Shown: positions 9,720-18,571 of the stretch, piece after piece | Layout of the letters: the number at the start of each line of letters is the position of its first letter | Numbering within the stretch: the stretch's first letter is position 1 | DNA from: Pseudomonadota bacterium | Lineage (GTDB): Bacteria > Pseudomonadota > Alphaproteobacteria > SHVP01 | Length of the DNA stretch: 64,000 bases | Reading direction: 5' to 3' | Assembly: GCA_027622715.1 (NCBI GenBank) | Contig: JAQBYN010000002.1 | Coordinates: 6,682 to 70,681 of the forward strand | The notes under the pieces: model-generated | What the model was told of the DNA's origin: nothing | What the model saw: only the letters and a program-made list of their open reading frames with translations | Databases searched by the model: none | Translations under genes and position numbers: made by a program

Positions 9720-10478
9720 GTGCCGGATTCACTAGGCTATCGCATGAAATTTGGGGTGATTGCCCCGTCGACCAACACCTCGGTGCAGCCGGAATTCGAC
9801 CGCATGCGTCCCGAGGGTGTGACCAACCACATGGCGCGCATTCACATTCCGGATATGCCGGTCGCCAACGACGACGACTTCAACAAGCTGATTGAGGTCA
9901 TTGCCGACAAACAGGACGAGGCGGTCGAACGTTTGAAGACGATGCACATGGACCATCTGGTCATGGGTATGTCGGCGGAAACCTTCTGGGACGGTCTTGA
10001 AGGTTCCGCAATACTCCAAAAGCATATGGAGAAAGTATCGGGCTGCGGGGTGACGATGGGCTCGGATGCGTCGCAAGTGGCGCTCAAGGTGTTTGCCGAG
10101 CAGTACGGGCCGATCAAGCGGATTGCCTGCATCACGCCCTACATGCCGGTGGGCGATAAGAACGTGCGCCGATTCTTTGAAGATCTTGGGTTCGACGTGA
10201 CGACCGTTCTGGGGCTCAAGTGCAAGAGCCCCGTTCTAATCGCCCATGAGACCGAGGACCGCTTGCGCGACGCGATCATGGAAGTGAACAGCGACGATGT
10301 GGACGCGATCGTTCAGGCGGGGACGAATTTGGCCATGGCGCGGTTGGCCGGGATTGCCGAGAAATGGCTTAACAAACCGGTTGTGGCGATTAACACCGCG
10401 ACCTATTGGCACGCCCTCCGCAGCAACGGGATTCCCGACAAGGTCGAAGGATTCGGGTCGCTGCTGTCGATTCACTAG
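9720..10478 (+). CDS. Asp/Glu racemase - maleate isomerase - arylmalonate decarboxylase fold protein
   Basis: GTG at 9720 after GGAGG; GVIAPSTNTSVQPE, ITPY, GTNL, KPVVAINTATYWHALR. Confidence 0.85.
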   Translation: MPDSLGYRMKFGVIAPSTNTSVQPEFDRMRPEGVTNHMARIHIPDMPVANDDDFNKLIEVIADKQDEAVERLKTMHMDHLVMGMSAETFWDGLEGSAILQKHMEKVSGCGVTMGSDASQVALKVFAEQYGPIKRIACITPYMPVGDKNVRRFFEDLGFDVTTVLGLKCKSPVLIAHETEDRLRDAIMEVNSDDVDAIVQAGTNLAMARLAGIAEKWLNKPVVAINTATYWHALRSNGIPDKVEGFGSLLSIH

Positions 10479-10551
10479 AACGGATAGGCCTGGGTCTCGA
10501 TTGGTCCAGGTTCACCCGGTCCGGTGCCGCGACTGAACGTGACAGGTTAAT

Positions 10552-11085
10552 TCATTCGGCCATGTGGCGGCGAATGCGCCAGCGTACGGCGCCGTCATTT
10601 GTAACGGTTTCCTGAAATCGCTCGTGGATCGCCTGGTCGGCGCCTGGCCCAGGTTGCAGGCCGATGTCGTGGAAGGCGAGGGGCCTACCGTCCTGAGAGC
10701 GGACTTGGACGTCGCCGATTTCCGCGCCGGTGGCGCGGTCGACCATCCTGATCGGCGCGTTTTCAGGGCCAGAAACCCAACGGTCGCCCCACTGGACCAG
10801 CGCAACCACCACCGTGACAAGATTGCGGCCCTTATCAGTTAGGCGGTAGTGGACCCGCTTGGCGCCCGGTGAGGCCGGTTCGCGCTGGAGCAAGCCGTTT
10901 TCGACCAATCGATCCAGACGATCGCTGAGAACATTGCGGGCGATGCCAAGGCGGCTCTGAAAATCGCTAAAACGACGCGTGCCGAAATAGGCTTCGCGGA
11001 TGATGAGAAGGGTCCACCACTCGCCGATCACCTCCAGCGCCTGGGCGAGAGAACAGCGTTGGTCGGAGAAGCTTACACGTTTCAT
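10552..11085 (-). CDS. HxlR family winged-helix transcriptional regulator
   Basis: CSLAQALEVIGEWWTLLIIREAYFGTRRFSDFQSRLGIARNVLSDRL...YRLTDKG...QWGDRW. Confidence 0.93.
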   Translation of the reverse strand: MKRVSFSDQRCSLAQALEVIGEWWTLLIIREAYFGTRRFSDFQSRLGIARNVLSDRLDRLVENGLLQREPASPGAKRVHYRLTDKGRNLVTVVVALVQWGDRWVSGPENAPIRMVDRATGAEIGDVQVRSQDGRPLAFHDIGLQPGPGADQAIHERFQETVTNDGAVRWRIRRHMAE

Positions 11086-11145
11086 GATGAAACTATTCCA
11101 AAATTGGTTGTAAAAAGCAACGTATAATAAGTTGTTTCACAAAAC
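11079..11145. promoter_or_regulatory. Three GTT-N9-AAC operator-like boxes in the divergent hxlR/paaI promoter
   Basis: GTTTCATGATGAAAC (11079-11093), GTTGTAAAAAGCAAC (11107-11121), GTTGTTTCACAAAAC (11131-11145); TATAAT at 11123-11128. Confidence 0.65.
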
Positions 11146-11188
11146 TAAATGTGTTTTGGTCCTGTCATAGGATTATTGGAGGTTCGCG

Positions 11189-11689
11189 ATGAGCACCATG
11201 ACGGGCAAGAGCTTGGCGGAACCCGGCGTCGGCATTCTGGACCTAGCGTCTGTGGCGGAGCTAACCGGCTTGGAAGTCATTCAGGGGATCATCGACGGGC
11301 GCCTACCGCGGCCGCCGATCAGTGTGGCGATGGACTTCGAGCTGGCCACTGCTGGAGGAGGTCGCGCGGTCTTCGCGGGTACGCCCAACGGGCGGTTTCA
11401 CAACCCTTACGGCACAGTCCATGGCGGCTACGTGGCGACCCTGATGGACTCGGCGATGACCTGCGCGGTTCAGACCACCATTGGCGCCCGATTCGGCGTC
11501 ACCACCGTCGAATTCAAGATCAATTTCGTCAAGCCGATCCCGACCGAGGCCGGGCGACTACGCGCCGTCGCGAGCGTGATCACCAGCGGCAAGCGTCTTG
11601 GGACGGCCGAGGGGCGGTTGCTCGACGACGCCGACACGCTCTACGCGCACGGTACGACCACCTGCATGATTTACCCGTTGAAGGTTTAG
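11189..11689 (+). CDS. PaaI family hot-dog thioesterase
   Basis: HNPYGTVHGGYVATLMDSAMTCAV; GGAGG RBS. Confidence 0.92.
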   Translation: MSTMTGKSLAEPGVGILDLASVAELTGLEVIQGIIDGRLPRPPISVAMDFELATAGGGRAVFAGTPNGRFHNPYGTVHGGYVATLMDSAMTCAVQTTIGARFGVTTVEFKINFVKPIPTEAGRLRAVASVITSGKRLGTAEGRLLDDADTLYAHGTTTCMIYPLKV

Positions 11690-13782
11690 GCGGCGGCTGC
11701 GGCGAGGGCTTCTCTGATCGCTACCGCCAACTCTTCACGGCGATACGGTTTTTGCAGCATCGGCAACTCGGCCAGAATACTCGATCCCTCCGCGGCGGCA
11801 CCGGGATACCCCGAGGTTAGGACGATCGGCAGGTTGGGTCGGCGGGTGCGCGCGCGGTCCGCAAGGGCCAACCCGTCAAGTTCGCCGCTCATCACGATAT
11901 CGGTGAACAAAACGTCGATTCGCAAGTCGTCCTGGTCGATCAGGGGCCAGGCGAGATCGCCACTTTCGGCTTCGATAACGTCATAGCCCAAGGCCCACAA
12001 GTGGGTCGCGACGATCTCGCGAACGTTCTCGTCATCCTCCACAATCATGATCGTGGCGCCGACGTCTGGCGCCACGGGCCCCGGCGCGGACAGATCGACG
12101 CCCGCGGGGGGAACTTCTGCCCGGGGCAGGTATAGCCGGACGGTCGTGCCCTGCCCTGGTTGGCTGTCGATTTCGATCTGTCCGCCGGACTGCGTGACGA
12201 AGCCATGGGTCATGCTCAAGCCAAGACCGACCCCATGTCCGGCATCTTTCGTCGAAAAGAAGGGTTCTATTGCTGCTGCCCTAACCGCTTCGGACATGCC
12301 AATGCCCGAGTCGGTCATTTCGATGACCACGAAATTGCCACGCGGTGAATCTGGGTCGTTCGGATTTCCAGCCAAGACCGCGTTTCGCGCGGTAACGCTA
12401 AGAGTGCCACCATCCGGCATCGCGTCGCGTGCGTTGGTGGCGATATTGACGATGCACGGGTCGAATTGGCTTGCATCGACCCGAATGGGCCAGAGGTCCG
12501 GCGGGAGATCGACCCTGATCGTGACGTCGGCGGTGATCGTGGGTCGCACGAGACCAAGCGTACTGTTGATATGCACGGCGATATCAATTACTTGCGGGGC
12601 GAGGGGCTGGCGCCGCGCGAAGGCCAACAGGCTCTGGGTTAGGTCTGCCGCACGGTCGGCGGCGCGCCGGGCCCGATCGATATGGGTCGTGGCGCCTGGC
12701 AATTCGCGCGTTTGATCGCCAAGAAATTCCAGGCTGCCGATGATGATCGTCAAATAATTGTTGAAGTCGTGCGCCATACCGCCGGTCAGATTGCCGATGG
12801 CCTCGAGTTTGGCGGCCTGCCACAACGGTTGCTGGAGTGCGTGCAAGTCGGTCAGGTCATGCACAATGGTGACCACCGAGGCTCCATTGTCGCCTTTCAG
12901 ACGAACCAACGTCGCCGAAAGTGGCACCTCAGTGCCATCCTTGCGGCAGCCAGTTAGTGACGGACGGCGCACTGGGGGGGAGCCGATACCGTCATAATCG
13001 TCCTCGGGCCAGGTTTCTAGAATGCCCGGCAAAAGCATTTTAATCGATTTGCCCATCAACTCGTCACACGCGTAGCCAAACAAATCGGCGCATTGGGTAT
13101 TGGCCTGAATCAAGCGGCCTTGCGCGTCGCTGACCAGTATCCCGTCGGGCGCAAACTCGATGAGGTGGTTAAGGCGTTGGCGCTCTCTTGATTCGCTTCG
13201 CAACGACGCGCTCAATTGGCGATAGAAGAGGGAGATCGCCGTGCCCAGCGCGGCGACGACAAGCAAAAGGCCGCCGGCGGCGGCGATCCAAGCGCCCGGG
13301 CTCGCCAGATAGCCGATCGGGTCGGTATGGGGCGCGAGATAGCCGCTTCGAGTCAACGAGAACGCGACGAGCAAGGCGGCGATACTCAGCGCTAGGGTCA
13401 TCGACCCTGGCCAGATGCCGAAAAACAAGAAAGCAAACGAACTTGCCGCGGCGAAATAGATGCTCGACGCGCCCATCGCGCCGAGCTGCCAGAGCACACC
13501 AAGCCCGATCAAATAGAAGAGCGCGATGATCCAAGCAGCGCGTATCCAAAATGGAAGACGCTTTCGTCCCAACGCGAGGCCAATGGTGATCGCGGCCAGC
13601 GCCACATGGAGGCCCATCGGCGGCAGCCAGCCCAAGTCTGGGATGCGCGACAGGCTGGCGGCCAGCGCGGGGAGCGCCACGACGCTGATCCCGATCAAGC
13701 AACCGTTCACCAAACGCGAGCGGATGCGCGCGACGTTCTCGCCGATTTCTACAGAGGGCGGAACGGTCGGGGATGCGGCCAT
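11686..13782 (-). CDS. Membrane-bound hybrid sensor histidine kinase (TM-PAS-HisKA-HATPase-REC)
   Basis: Several N-terminal TM helices; PAS (APDGILVSD); H-box AHDFNN; NARDAMP; EPFFSTK..G.GLGL; REC LFTDIVM. Confidence 0.93.
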   Translation of the reverse strand: MAASPTVPPSVEIGENVARIRSRLVNGCLIGISVVALPALAASLSRIPDLGWLPPMGLHVALAAITIGLALGRKRLPFWIRAAWIIALFYLIGLGVLWQLGAMGASSIYFAAASSFAFLFFGIWPGSMTLALSIAALLVAFSLTRSGYLAPHTDPIGYLASPGAWIAAAGGLLLVVAALGTAISLFYRQLSASLRSESRERQRLNHLIEFAPDGILVSDAQGRLIQANTQCADLFGYACDELMGKSIKMLLPGILETWPEDDYDGIGSPPVRRPSLTGCRKDGTEVPLSATLVRLKGDNGASVVTIVHDLTDLHALQQPLWQAAKLEAIGNLTGGMAHDFNNYLTIIIGSLEFLGDQTRELPGATTHIDRARRAADRAADLTQSLLAFARRQPLAPQVIDIAVHINSTLGLVRPTITADVTIRVDLPPDLWPIRVDASQFDPCIVNIATNARDAMPDGGTLSVTARNAVLAGNPNDPDSPRGNFVVIEMTDSGIGMSEAVRAAAIEPFFSTKDAGHGVGLGLSMTHGFVTQSGGQIEIDSQPGQGTTVRLYLPRAEVPPAGVDLSAPGPVAPDVGATIMIVEDDENVREIVATHLWALGYDVIEAESGDLAWPLIDQDDLRIDVLFTDIVMSGELDGLALADRARTRRPNLPIVLTSGYPGAAAEGSSILAELPMLQKPYRREELAVAIREALAAAAA

Positions 13783-14021
13783 TGCGGGACTACGCTGGTG
13801 ATTTCAACGGTAACGGAGGTTCCGCAAATACGCCCCCAAACGTACGTACGTTTAATTCCCGATGAATACTGTCGGAATCCGCTGGTGCAAGCAATGGTTG
13901 TCATAGGCGAACGCTCTCGACCCACTATTGCGTTCAACCGACCCCGTGGGGGCGCGATTCCGCGCCCGAAATTCGGTGCCGCACTGCGCGGCCTAGGCCG
14001 GAACACCGGATTTAACCGACT

Positions 14022-14249
14022 CTACGCCCGATAGCGGGCAAGCAGGCTGGCGATCCGAGAGTCATGGGATTTGAACCCAACCAGCGCGCCGTTGAGGCGT
14101 TTAAGAAACGCGGGAATATCGAGTTCGTCGCGGCCGACATGGTCCAGCGAGGCCCGTAGGATTTCCTGATACATGTCGTGCGACGCGCGCAACAGTTGTA
14201 CGGCGTGCGCGAGATCGTTTGCTAATTCAGACTCAGGGGTGTCGGCCAT
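14022..14249 (-). CDS. Hypothetical helical protein, 75 aa
   Basis: Fills the intergenic gap; normal amino-acid composition; no recognisable motif. Confidence 0.55.
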   Translation of the reverse strand: MADTPESELANDLAHAVQLLRASHDMYQEILRASLDHVGRDELDIPAFLKRLNGALVGFKSHDSRIASLLARYRA

Positions 14250-14306
14250 CGTTACTAGCTTTGTCCATACTCAAGCCTATGGCCGGGCGAGACCGCTTTT
14301 GCGCGG

Positions 14307-15743
14307 CTACGCGACCGCGGCGCGGGCCTTACCGTCCTGCCAGTGGAGGTCGGCCAGAACGTCGGTCACGTTGGCCTGATCCTCTAACTTCCACACCCGG
14401 TCGATCACGGCTTTGATCTGCGACTCGACGAGTAAGCCCTCGGCGCAATCGCGGAACTTGCCCTCGACCTCGTCGTCGGTCAGCGGGTTGTGCGGCGAGC
14501 CGCGGTAGTTTTCGTCGGCCCACAACTCAAGTGTGCGGCCGTCCTTGGTGATGACCTCCACCCGCGAGCGAATGCGGTCGTAGCCCATGGCCTCGATCTT
14601 TTTGTCGTCGATGGTTTCGACGCGGCGCTGCATATCGCCGACGTCGGCGCGCGAGACGAATTCGTCGGTGAACTCGCGCTTGCCCGCTTTGCCGGCAATG
14701 GCAATCGCGGCGAGCAAGAAGTGCATGCAGAACTTGCCTTCGAGCTCGGTCGTGGCGAAGTCGTAGCGGATGGGCCCAAGAATATTCTGCGCGGCGTAGA
14801 GTTTGATTTTTTCGATGTCCTCAGCTTTGACCTTTTCGTCGCGCATCAGGAACTTAAGCGCATCCATCGAGGGGTGGGTGAGCACGCCGCACGGGTAGGG
14901 TTTGATACTGACCCCCGGTGTCATGATCGTCAGCGGGTTGCCGAAACGGCCCAGCACCAAGTCCGGATCGCCGCCCGGGCCCGCGATGGTGAGGTAGCCC
15001 CATTTACCATCGAGTGCCTCGGTGTTGGCGGTGAACCCGTCGCGCACCAATAGGGCCGCCGTGACGCCGTTTTCGGAAGAGCGACCGACGTGTAGCGGCT
15101 TGGTCATGGTGCCGAAATTCGCACGAATTCCGGCAGCCAAAGATGCTGCAATACCAATGGTTTGTGCCATTTGGCTATGATTGAAGTTTAGCATCTTGGC
15201 GGCCGCTACGGCGGATCCAAAGGTGCCGATGGTGCCCGAGGTGTGAAAGCCTCTGGCGTAATGATCGGGGTTGATCGCCTCGGCGATTTTGCACTCGACC
15301 TCAAAGCCCGCGTTGAACGCGGTGAGGAAGGTTTTACCGTCCACGCCGCCGAGCATTTCACCGATCGCCAGGCACGCTGACAGCGGCGGCACCGTCGGAT
15401 GCGTGAGGAGGCCGTACATGCGGCCCGGTCCCTCGGATAACTGGGTGTCGTCCCAGTCCATCGCGTGGCCCGCCAGCCCGTACCACAGCGCGGCGAGATG
15501 CGCCGGCACCTTCTTTTTGGCGTTGCCCAGCAGCCGTGCATCGGGCGTGCCGCCGACGCGGTCGATATAACGCGCCATCACCTCAAGCGCCGGTTGCTCC
15601 GAACCGCCGATCATAACCGCGAGGCCGTCGAGGACGCAGCGCCGCGCAATCGTCAGCGCGTCATCGGGGATCGCGTCATAGGTCAGGCCGACGGCGAAGT
15701 CGACGGCGTCTTTGGTCAGCGAGGCGGTTTCGGCGGTGGTCAT
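14307..15743 (-). CDS. MmgE/PrpD family protein
   Basis: ATG 15743 after GGGAG; HAMDWDDT, HYARGFHTSGT, NFGTMTKPLHVG, IKPYPCGVLTH. Confidence 0.92.
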   Translation of the reverse strand: MTTAETASLTKDAVDFAVGLTYDAIPDDALTIARRCVLDGLAVMIGGSEQPALEVMARYIDRVGGTPDARLLGNAKKKVPAHLAALWYGLAGHAMDWDDTQLSEGPGRMYGLLTHPTVPPLSACLAIGEMLGGVDGKTFLTAFNAGFEVECKIAEAINPDHYARGFHTSGTIGTFGSAVAAAKMLNFNHSQMAQTIGIAASLAAGIRANFGTMTKPLHVGRSSENGVTAALLVRDGFTANTEALDGKWGYLTIAGPGGDPDLVLGRFGNPLTIMTPGVSIKPYPCGVLTHPSMDALKFLMRDEKVKAEDIEKIKLYAAQNILGPIRYDFATTELEGKFCMHFLLAAIAIAGKAGKREFTDEFVSRADVGDMQRRVETIDDKKIEAMGYDRIRSRVEVITKDGRTLELWADENYRGSPHNPLTDDEVEGKFRDCAEGLLVESQIKAVIDRVWKLEDQANVTDVLADLHWQDGKARAAVA

Positions 15744-15816
15744 GCGTGCGGCTCCCGAGGGGTATGTGTTGATTTGGCGGGAGCCTAGCGGATTGTTGCG
15801 ACGCGGCAAGGGGGCG

Positions 15817-16701
15817 TCATACCCGCCGCTGCCAGACGCTGGCAAGCAAGATGCCTGCCGTGAGAATGGGCAGGCCGAACCAGCCCAACAATCCCGGATT
15901 CTCGCCAAGGAAGATCAGCGCCAGCACGGTGCCGAGTCCGGGCACCGCCGACAAAAACGCGGCGGACACGGTGGAGCCAACGCGGCGCACCGCGTGCGAC
16001 AACAATATAAGACCGAGCAAATTGGGGAACAGGCCCTGAAACACAGCTTGAAGGACAAGCTGGTCGGTGCTCGCCGCGCCGAGCGCCGAGGGCAGAAACA
16101 ACAGCCACACCGGGATATAGACCACGCCACCGAATACCGAGGCGGCGAGTAAGATTTGCGGGATGTCGGCCCGCCATTTGCGTTGCAGAATGAGAAATAC
16201 AGCGAAGCTTGCCCCGGCGGCGAGGAACGACAGGTCGCCGATCCAACTACGCGGGTTGGCGCCGCCGCCGGCGCTGATGCCGGCCATTGCCGCACCGCCG
16301 ATGATGAGCACGCAGCCCACCACTTGTATGGCGAGTGGTTTCTCGCGCAGCCAAACAAAACCGATTAGCAACGTCAGCGCGGGCAGCATGCCGTTGAGGA
16401 AGATGCCACCGTGTGCGGCCGGGGCATAGATGAACCCGACATAAGACAATAGTCCGTAGGGCACACCGCCGAACAACGCGTAGGCGGCGAGCCGCGTCAT
16501 ACTCGCCCCGCGCCAAGGCTTGTAATACAGCGCGATGGGAATACAGATCAGCCCGGCAATGCCGTAGCGGAACGCGGCGATGTCGAAAATTGTCATCCCC
16601 GACTGCGTGCCCGACCGGCTCACGACGAGCCATGTCGACCACACGACCACAATGGCCGAAACGGCGGCCATGCCGACAAGTCTAGTTTTGCGATCGGGCA
16701 T
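15817..16701 (-). CDS. DMT/EamA family transporter
   Basis: About 10 TM helices in two repeats; FRYGIAG, WLREK, FLGE. Confidence 0.88.
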   Translation of the reverse strand: MPDRKTRLVGMAAVSAIVVVWSTWLVVSRSGTQSGMTIFDIAAFRYGIAGLICIPIALYYKPWRGASMTRLAAYALFGGVPYGLLSYVGFIYAPAAHGGIFLNGMLPALTLLIGFVWLREKPLAIQVVGCVLIIGGAAMAGISAGGGANPRSWIGDLSFLAAGASFAVFLILQRKWRADIPQILLAASVFGGVVYIPVWLLFLPSALGAASTDQLVLQAVFQGLFPNLLGLILLSHAVRRVGSTVSAAFLSAVPGLGTVLALIFLGENPGLLGWFGLPILTAGILLASVWQRRV

Positions 16702-16729
16702 TGTGGGGGACCAGCAAGGAGGGAGCGCG

Positions 16730-16759
16730 GTGATAGGACGGCGAGCGCGGGAGTGTCAA
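16730..16759 (-). promoter_or_regulatory. Putative sigma70 promoter of the DMT gene
   Basis: TTGACA-N18-TATCAC on the minus strand. Confidence 0.5.
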
Positions 16760-16796
16760 ATGCGTGTGCCGGACAGCGGCGGCCTGCAACCCCGCG

Positions 16797-16873
16797 CACT
16801 CACCCGGCGGCTCCCTCGCTGGCGCTCGATCGGCGCTTCCCTGTCCCGCGAGCGGCCTCAGGTCGGGTGAGGG
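16797..16873. repeat. Degenerate REP-like palindromic element
   Basis: CTCACCCG...CGGGTGAG inverted ends with internal CTCGCTGGCGCTCG and CCTGTCCCGCGAGCGG, resembling alphaproteobacterial CCCTCACCC...CTCTCCCGC repeats; only one copy in the window. Confidence 0.35.
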
Positions 16874-16874
16874 A

Positions 16875-17750
16875 CTACCTCGCCGCCTTGTCCGCGGCGA
16901 TGAACCAGTCTGCGATCTGGCTGCCGGTCATGAAGATGGTGTCGTCGCGCGCCAGCAACTCGTCGACAAGTTTCTCGAGGTAGCCAATGCGGTGGGGCAC
17001 GCCGATCAAATGGGGATGGGTGGCGATGGTGAGGATGCGCGGGTTGTTGTCGAACTCTTTCTCGAACGTCGCGACGGTGTCCTTGTAGCGTTGGTAGTAG
17101 TCGGACGAGTTCTGCCACTGGATCGCGTACATCGGGCTGTCGTTGAGTTCGAGCGTGTAGGGCATGCAGATGACCGGGCCATGCTTGGTGGTCATCCAGT
17201 GGGGCAGATCGTCGAGCACCCAATCGCAGATGTAGTCGACGCCCTGGGCGGCGAGAATATCGGGTGTGTCGTTGGTTTCGCGCAGGCCTGGGCCGAGCCA
17301 GCCGCGCGGGCGTTTGCCGTAGAACGCTTCGATCTTGTCGAGGCACAACTTGAGGAGCGCGGCTTCGTCCTCGTCGCCTTGCACTGATTTTTGTTTGAGG
17401 CCGTGGCCGACGACTTCCCAGCCGGCATCCTTGATCGCTTGTGCGACTGAAGGGTAGTCGTCGATCGCGCCCGCGTTGAGGAACGCGCTGGTTGGCAGAT
17501 TGCGCTCGCGCGCAATCTTGAACAGCCGCGGCATGCCGGCGCGCAAGCCGTATTCCGCCCACGAGAAATTCGGTACATCGGGCAACGTCTCGACCCCGTG
17601 CGGCCCGGTGAGGATCTTGCGCGGCGGCGGCGAATCGAACGGCCAGCTTTCGACGTTGACCACGAAATGCACGATCAGCGGTTTGCCGTCGGGCGGCGCG
17701 AGTTTGGGGCGCTGGTCGGCGAGGACGAAGGGGACGCGGGGATTGGTCAT
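16875..17750 (-). CDS. Polysaccharide deacetylase (CE4)/PuuE-like hydrolase
   Basis: VNVE, EYGLRAG, GHG, RPRGWLGPGLRET, DWVLDDLP, PYTLELND, HPHLIGVPHR. Confidence 0.88.
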   Translation of the reverse strand: MTNPRVPFVLADQRPKLAPPDGKPLIVHFVVNVESWPFDSPPPRKILTGPHGVETLPDVPNFSWAEYGLRAGMPRLFKIARERNLPTSAFLNAGAIDDYPSVAQAIKDAGWEVVGHGLKQKSVQGDEDEAALLKLCLDKIEAFYGKRPRGWLGPGLRETNDTPDILAAQGVDYICDWVLDDLPHWMTTKHGPVICMPYTLELNDSPMYAIQWQNSSDYYQRYKDTVATFEKEFDNNPRILTIATHPHLIGVPHRIGYLEKLVDELLARDDTIFMTGSQIADWFIAADKAAR

Positions 17751-17835
17751 GGGGCTCTCTTGTTTTTTTGTCGCGTCGTCCGCGCGCCAAGCGATGGAAG
17801 CGGCCTGCCGCCGGCGCGCGGGCGCTTCAACATAC

Positions 17836-18034
17836 TTAGCTGCTGCGCAAGGCCGCGTCACGCGCGAGGTGGGCGAACTTTAGAAGCACGTCGTCGTCCT
17901 CCTGGGGAGACTTTCGCAAACATCTTTTGATCCACGAAGATCCCCGCGCCGCCGGACATCGGCTTGGCCGTCACCGAGCCAATAGGTGAGAGGGTTTGGA
18001 CCAGATCGTCGACGTAGGCTTTGTCCATGGCCAT
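17836..18034 (-). pseudogene. TfoX N-terminal domain family pseudogene (internal deletion with frameshift)
   Basis: Frame from 18034: MAMDKAYVDDLVQTLSPIGSVTAKPMSGGAGIFVDQKMFAKVSP (TfoX_N MFGG motif read as MSGG); another frame gives a TfoX_N-like tail QEDDDVLLKFAHLARDAALRSS* ending at 17836. Confidence 0.7.
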
Positions 18035-18087
18035 GGTGGTTCACTTTCATACGTTGCTCGACAAAAATGGAAGTTCTTTCGCGCCGA

Positions 18088-18114
18088 TGTCGATTATGGC
18101 GACCCTGAGGCGTC
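18088..18114 (+). promoter_or_regulatory. ECF42-type promoter
   Basis: TGTCGA-N17-CGTC upstream of the DGPF gene, matching the known ECF42 promoter motif. Confidence 0.75.
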
Positions 18115-18170
18115 TATCTTATGAGGGCCGCCGTTGTGGTCCCAAACAAACCAACGAGAGAGGCTGGAAA

Positions 18171-18515
18171 ATGGCGCAATTCATGATGCTTTTGAACGTG
18201 TCCGGGCAGGCGCCCGCGGGTTCACCGGAGGAGATGCAGGAAATTCTCAAGCGGTACGGCGACTGGAGCCGGAAACTGGGGGAATCGGGAAAACTGGTCA
18301 ACGGCGCCAAACTCGCTGATGACCGCGGTCGCCTATTGCGGAACGAAGGGTCACGGGTGGTCGTTGACGGCCCATTCTCCGAGACCAAAGAAATGATCGG
18401 CGGCTTTTTCATCGTCGAGGCCGAGAATTACGATGCCGCGGCGGAAGTTGCCAAAACCTGTCCCCACCTCGAGCTGGGTGGCACGATCGAGCTTCGCCAA
18501 GTCGACAATATGTAA
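18171..18515 (+). CDS. YciI/DGPF family protein
   Basis: VVVDGPFSETKEMIGGFF...CP....GTIELRQV. Confidence 0.93.
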   Translation: MAQFMMLLNVSGQAPAGSPEEMQEILKRYGDWSRKLGESGKLVNGAKLADDRGRLLRNEGSRVVVDGPFSETKEMIGGFFIVEAENYDAAAEVAKTCPHLELGGTIELRQVDNM

Positions 18516-18571
18516 TCAAGCGCTGGGGCCGCAGGTTGGTTTTCTCCCGCCTGCGGCTTTAGACTTTTTCG

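Noticed and set aside
14307-15908. Long N-terminal extensions in the ORF track (also at 3384, 17861, 18021, 24332, 25019, 33508, 44577, 49155)
   Set aside because: Downstream starts fit RBS position, gene overlaps or family domain boundaries better.
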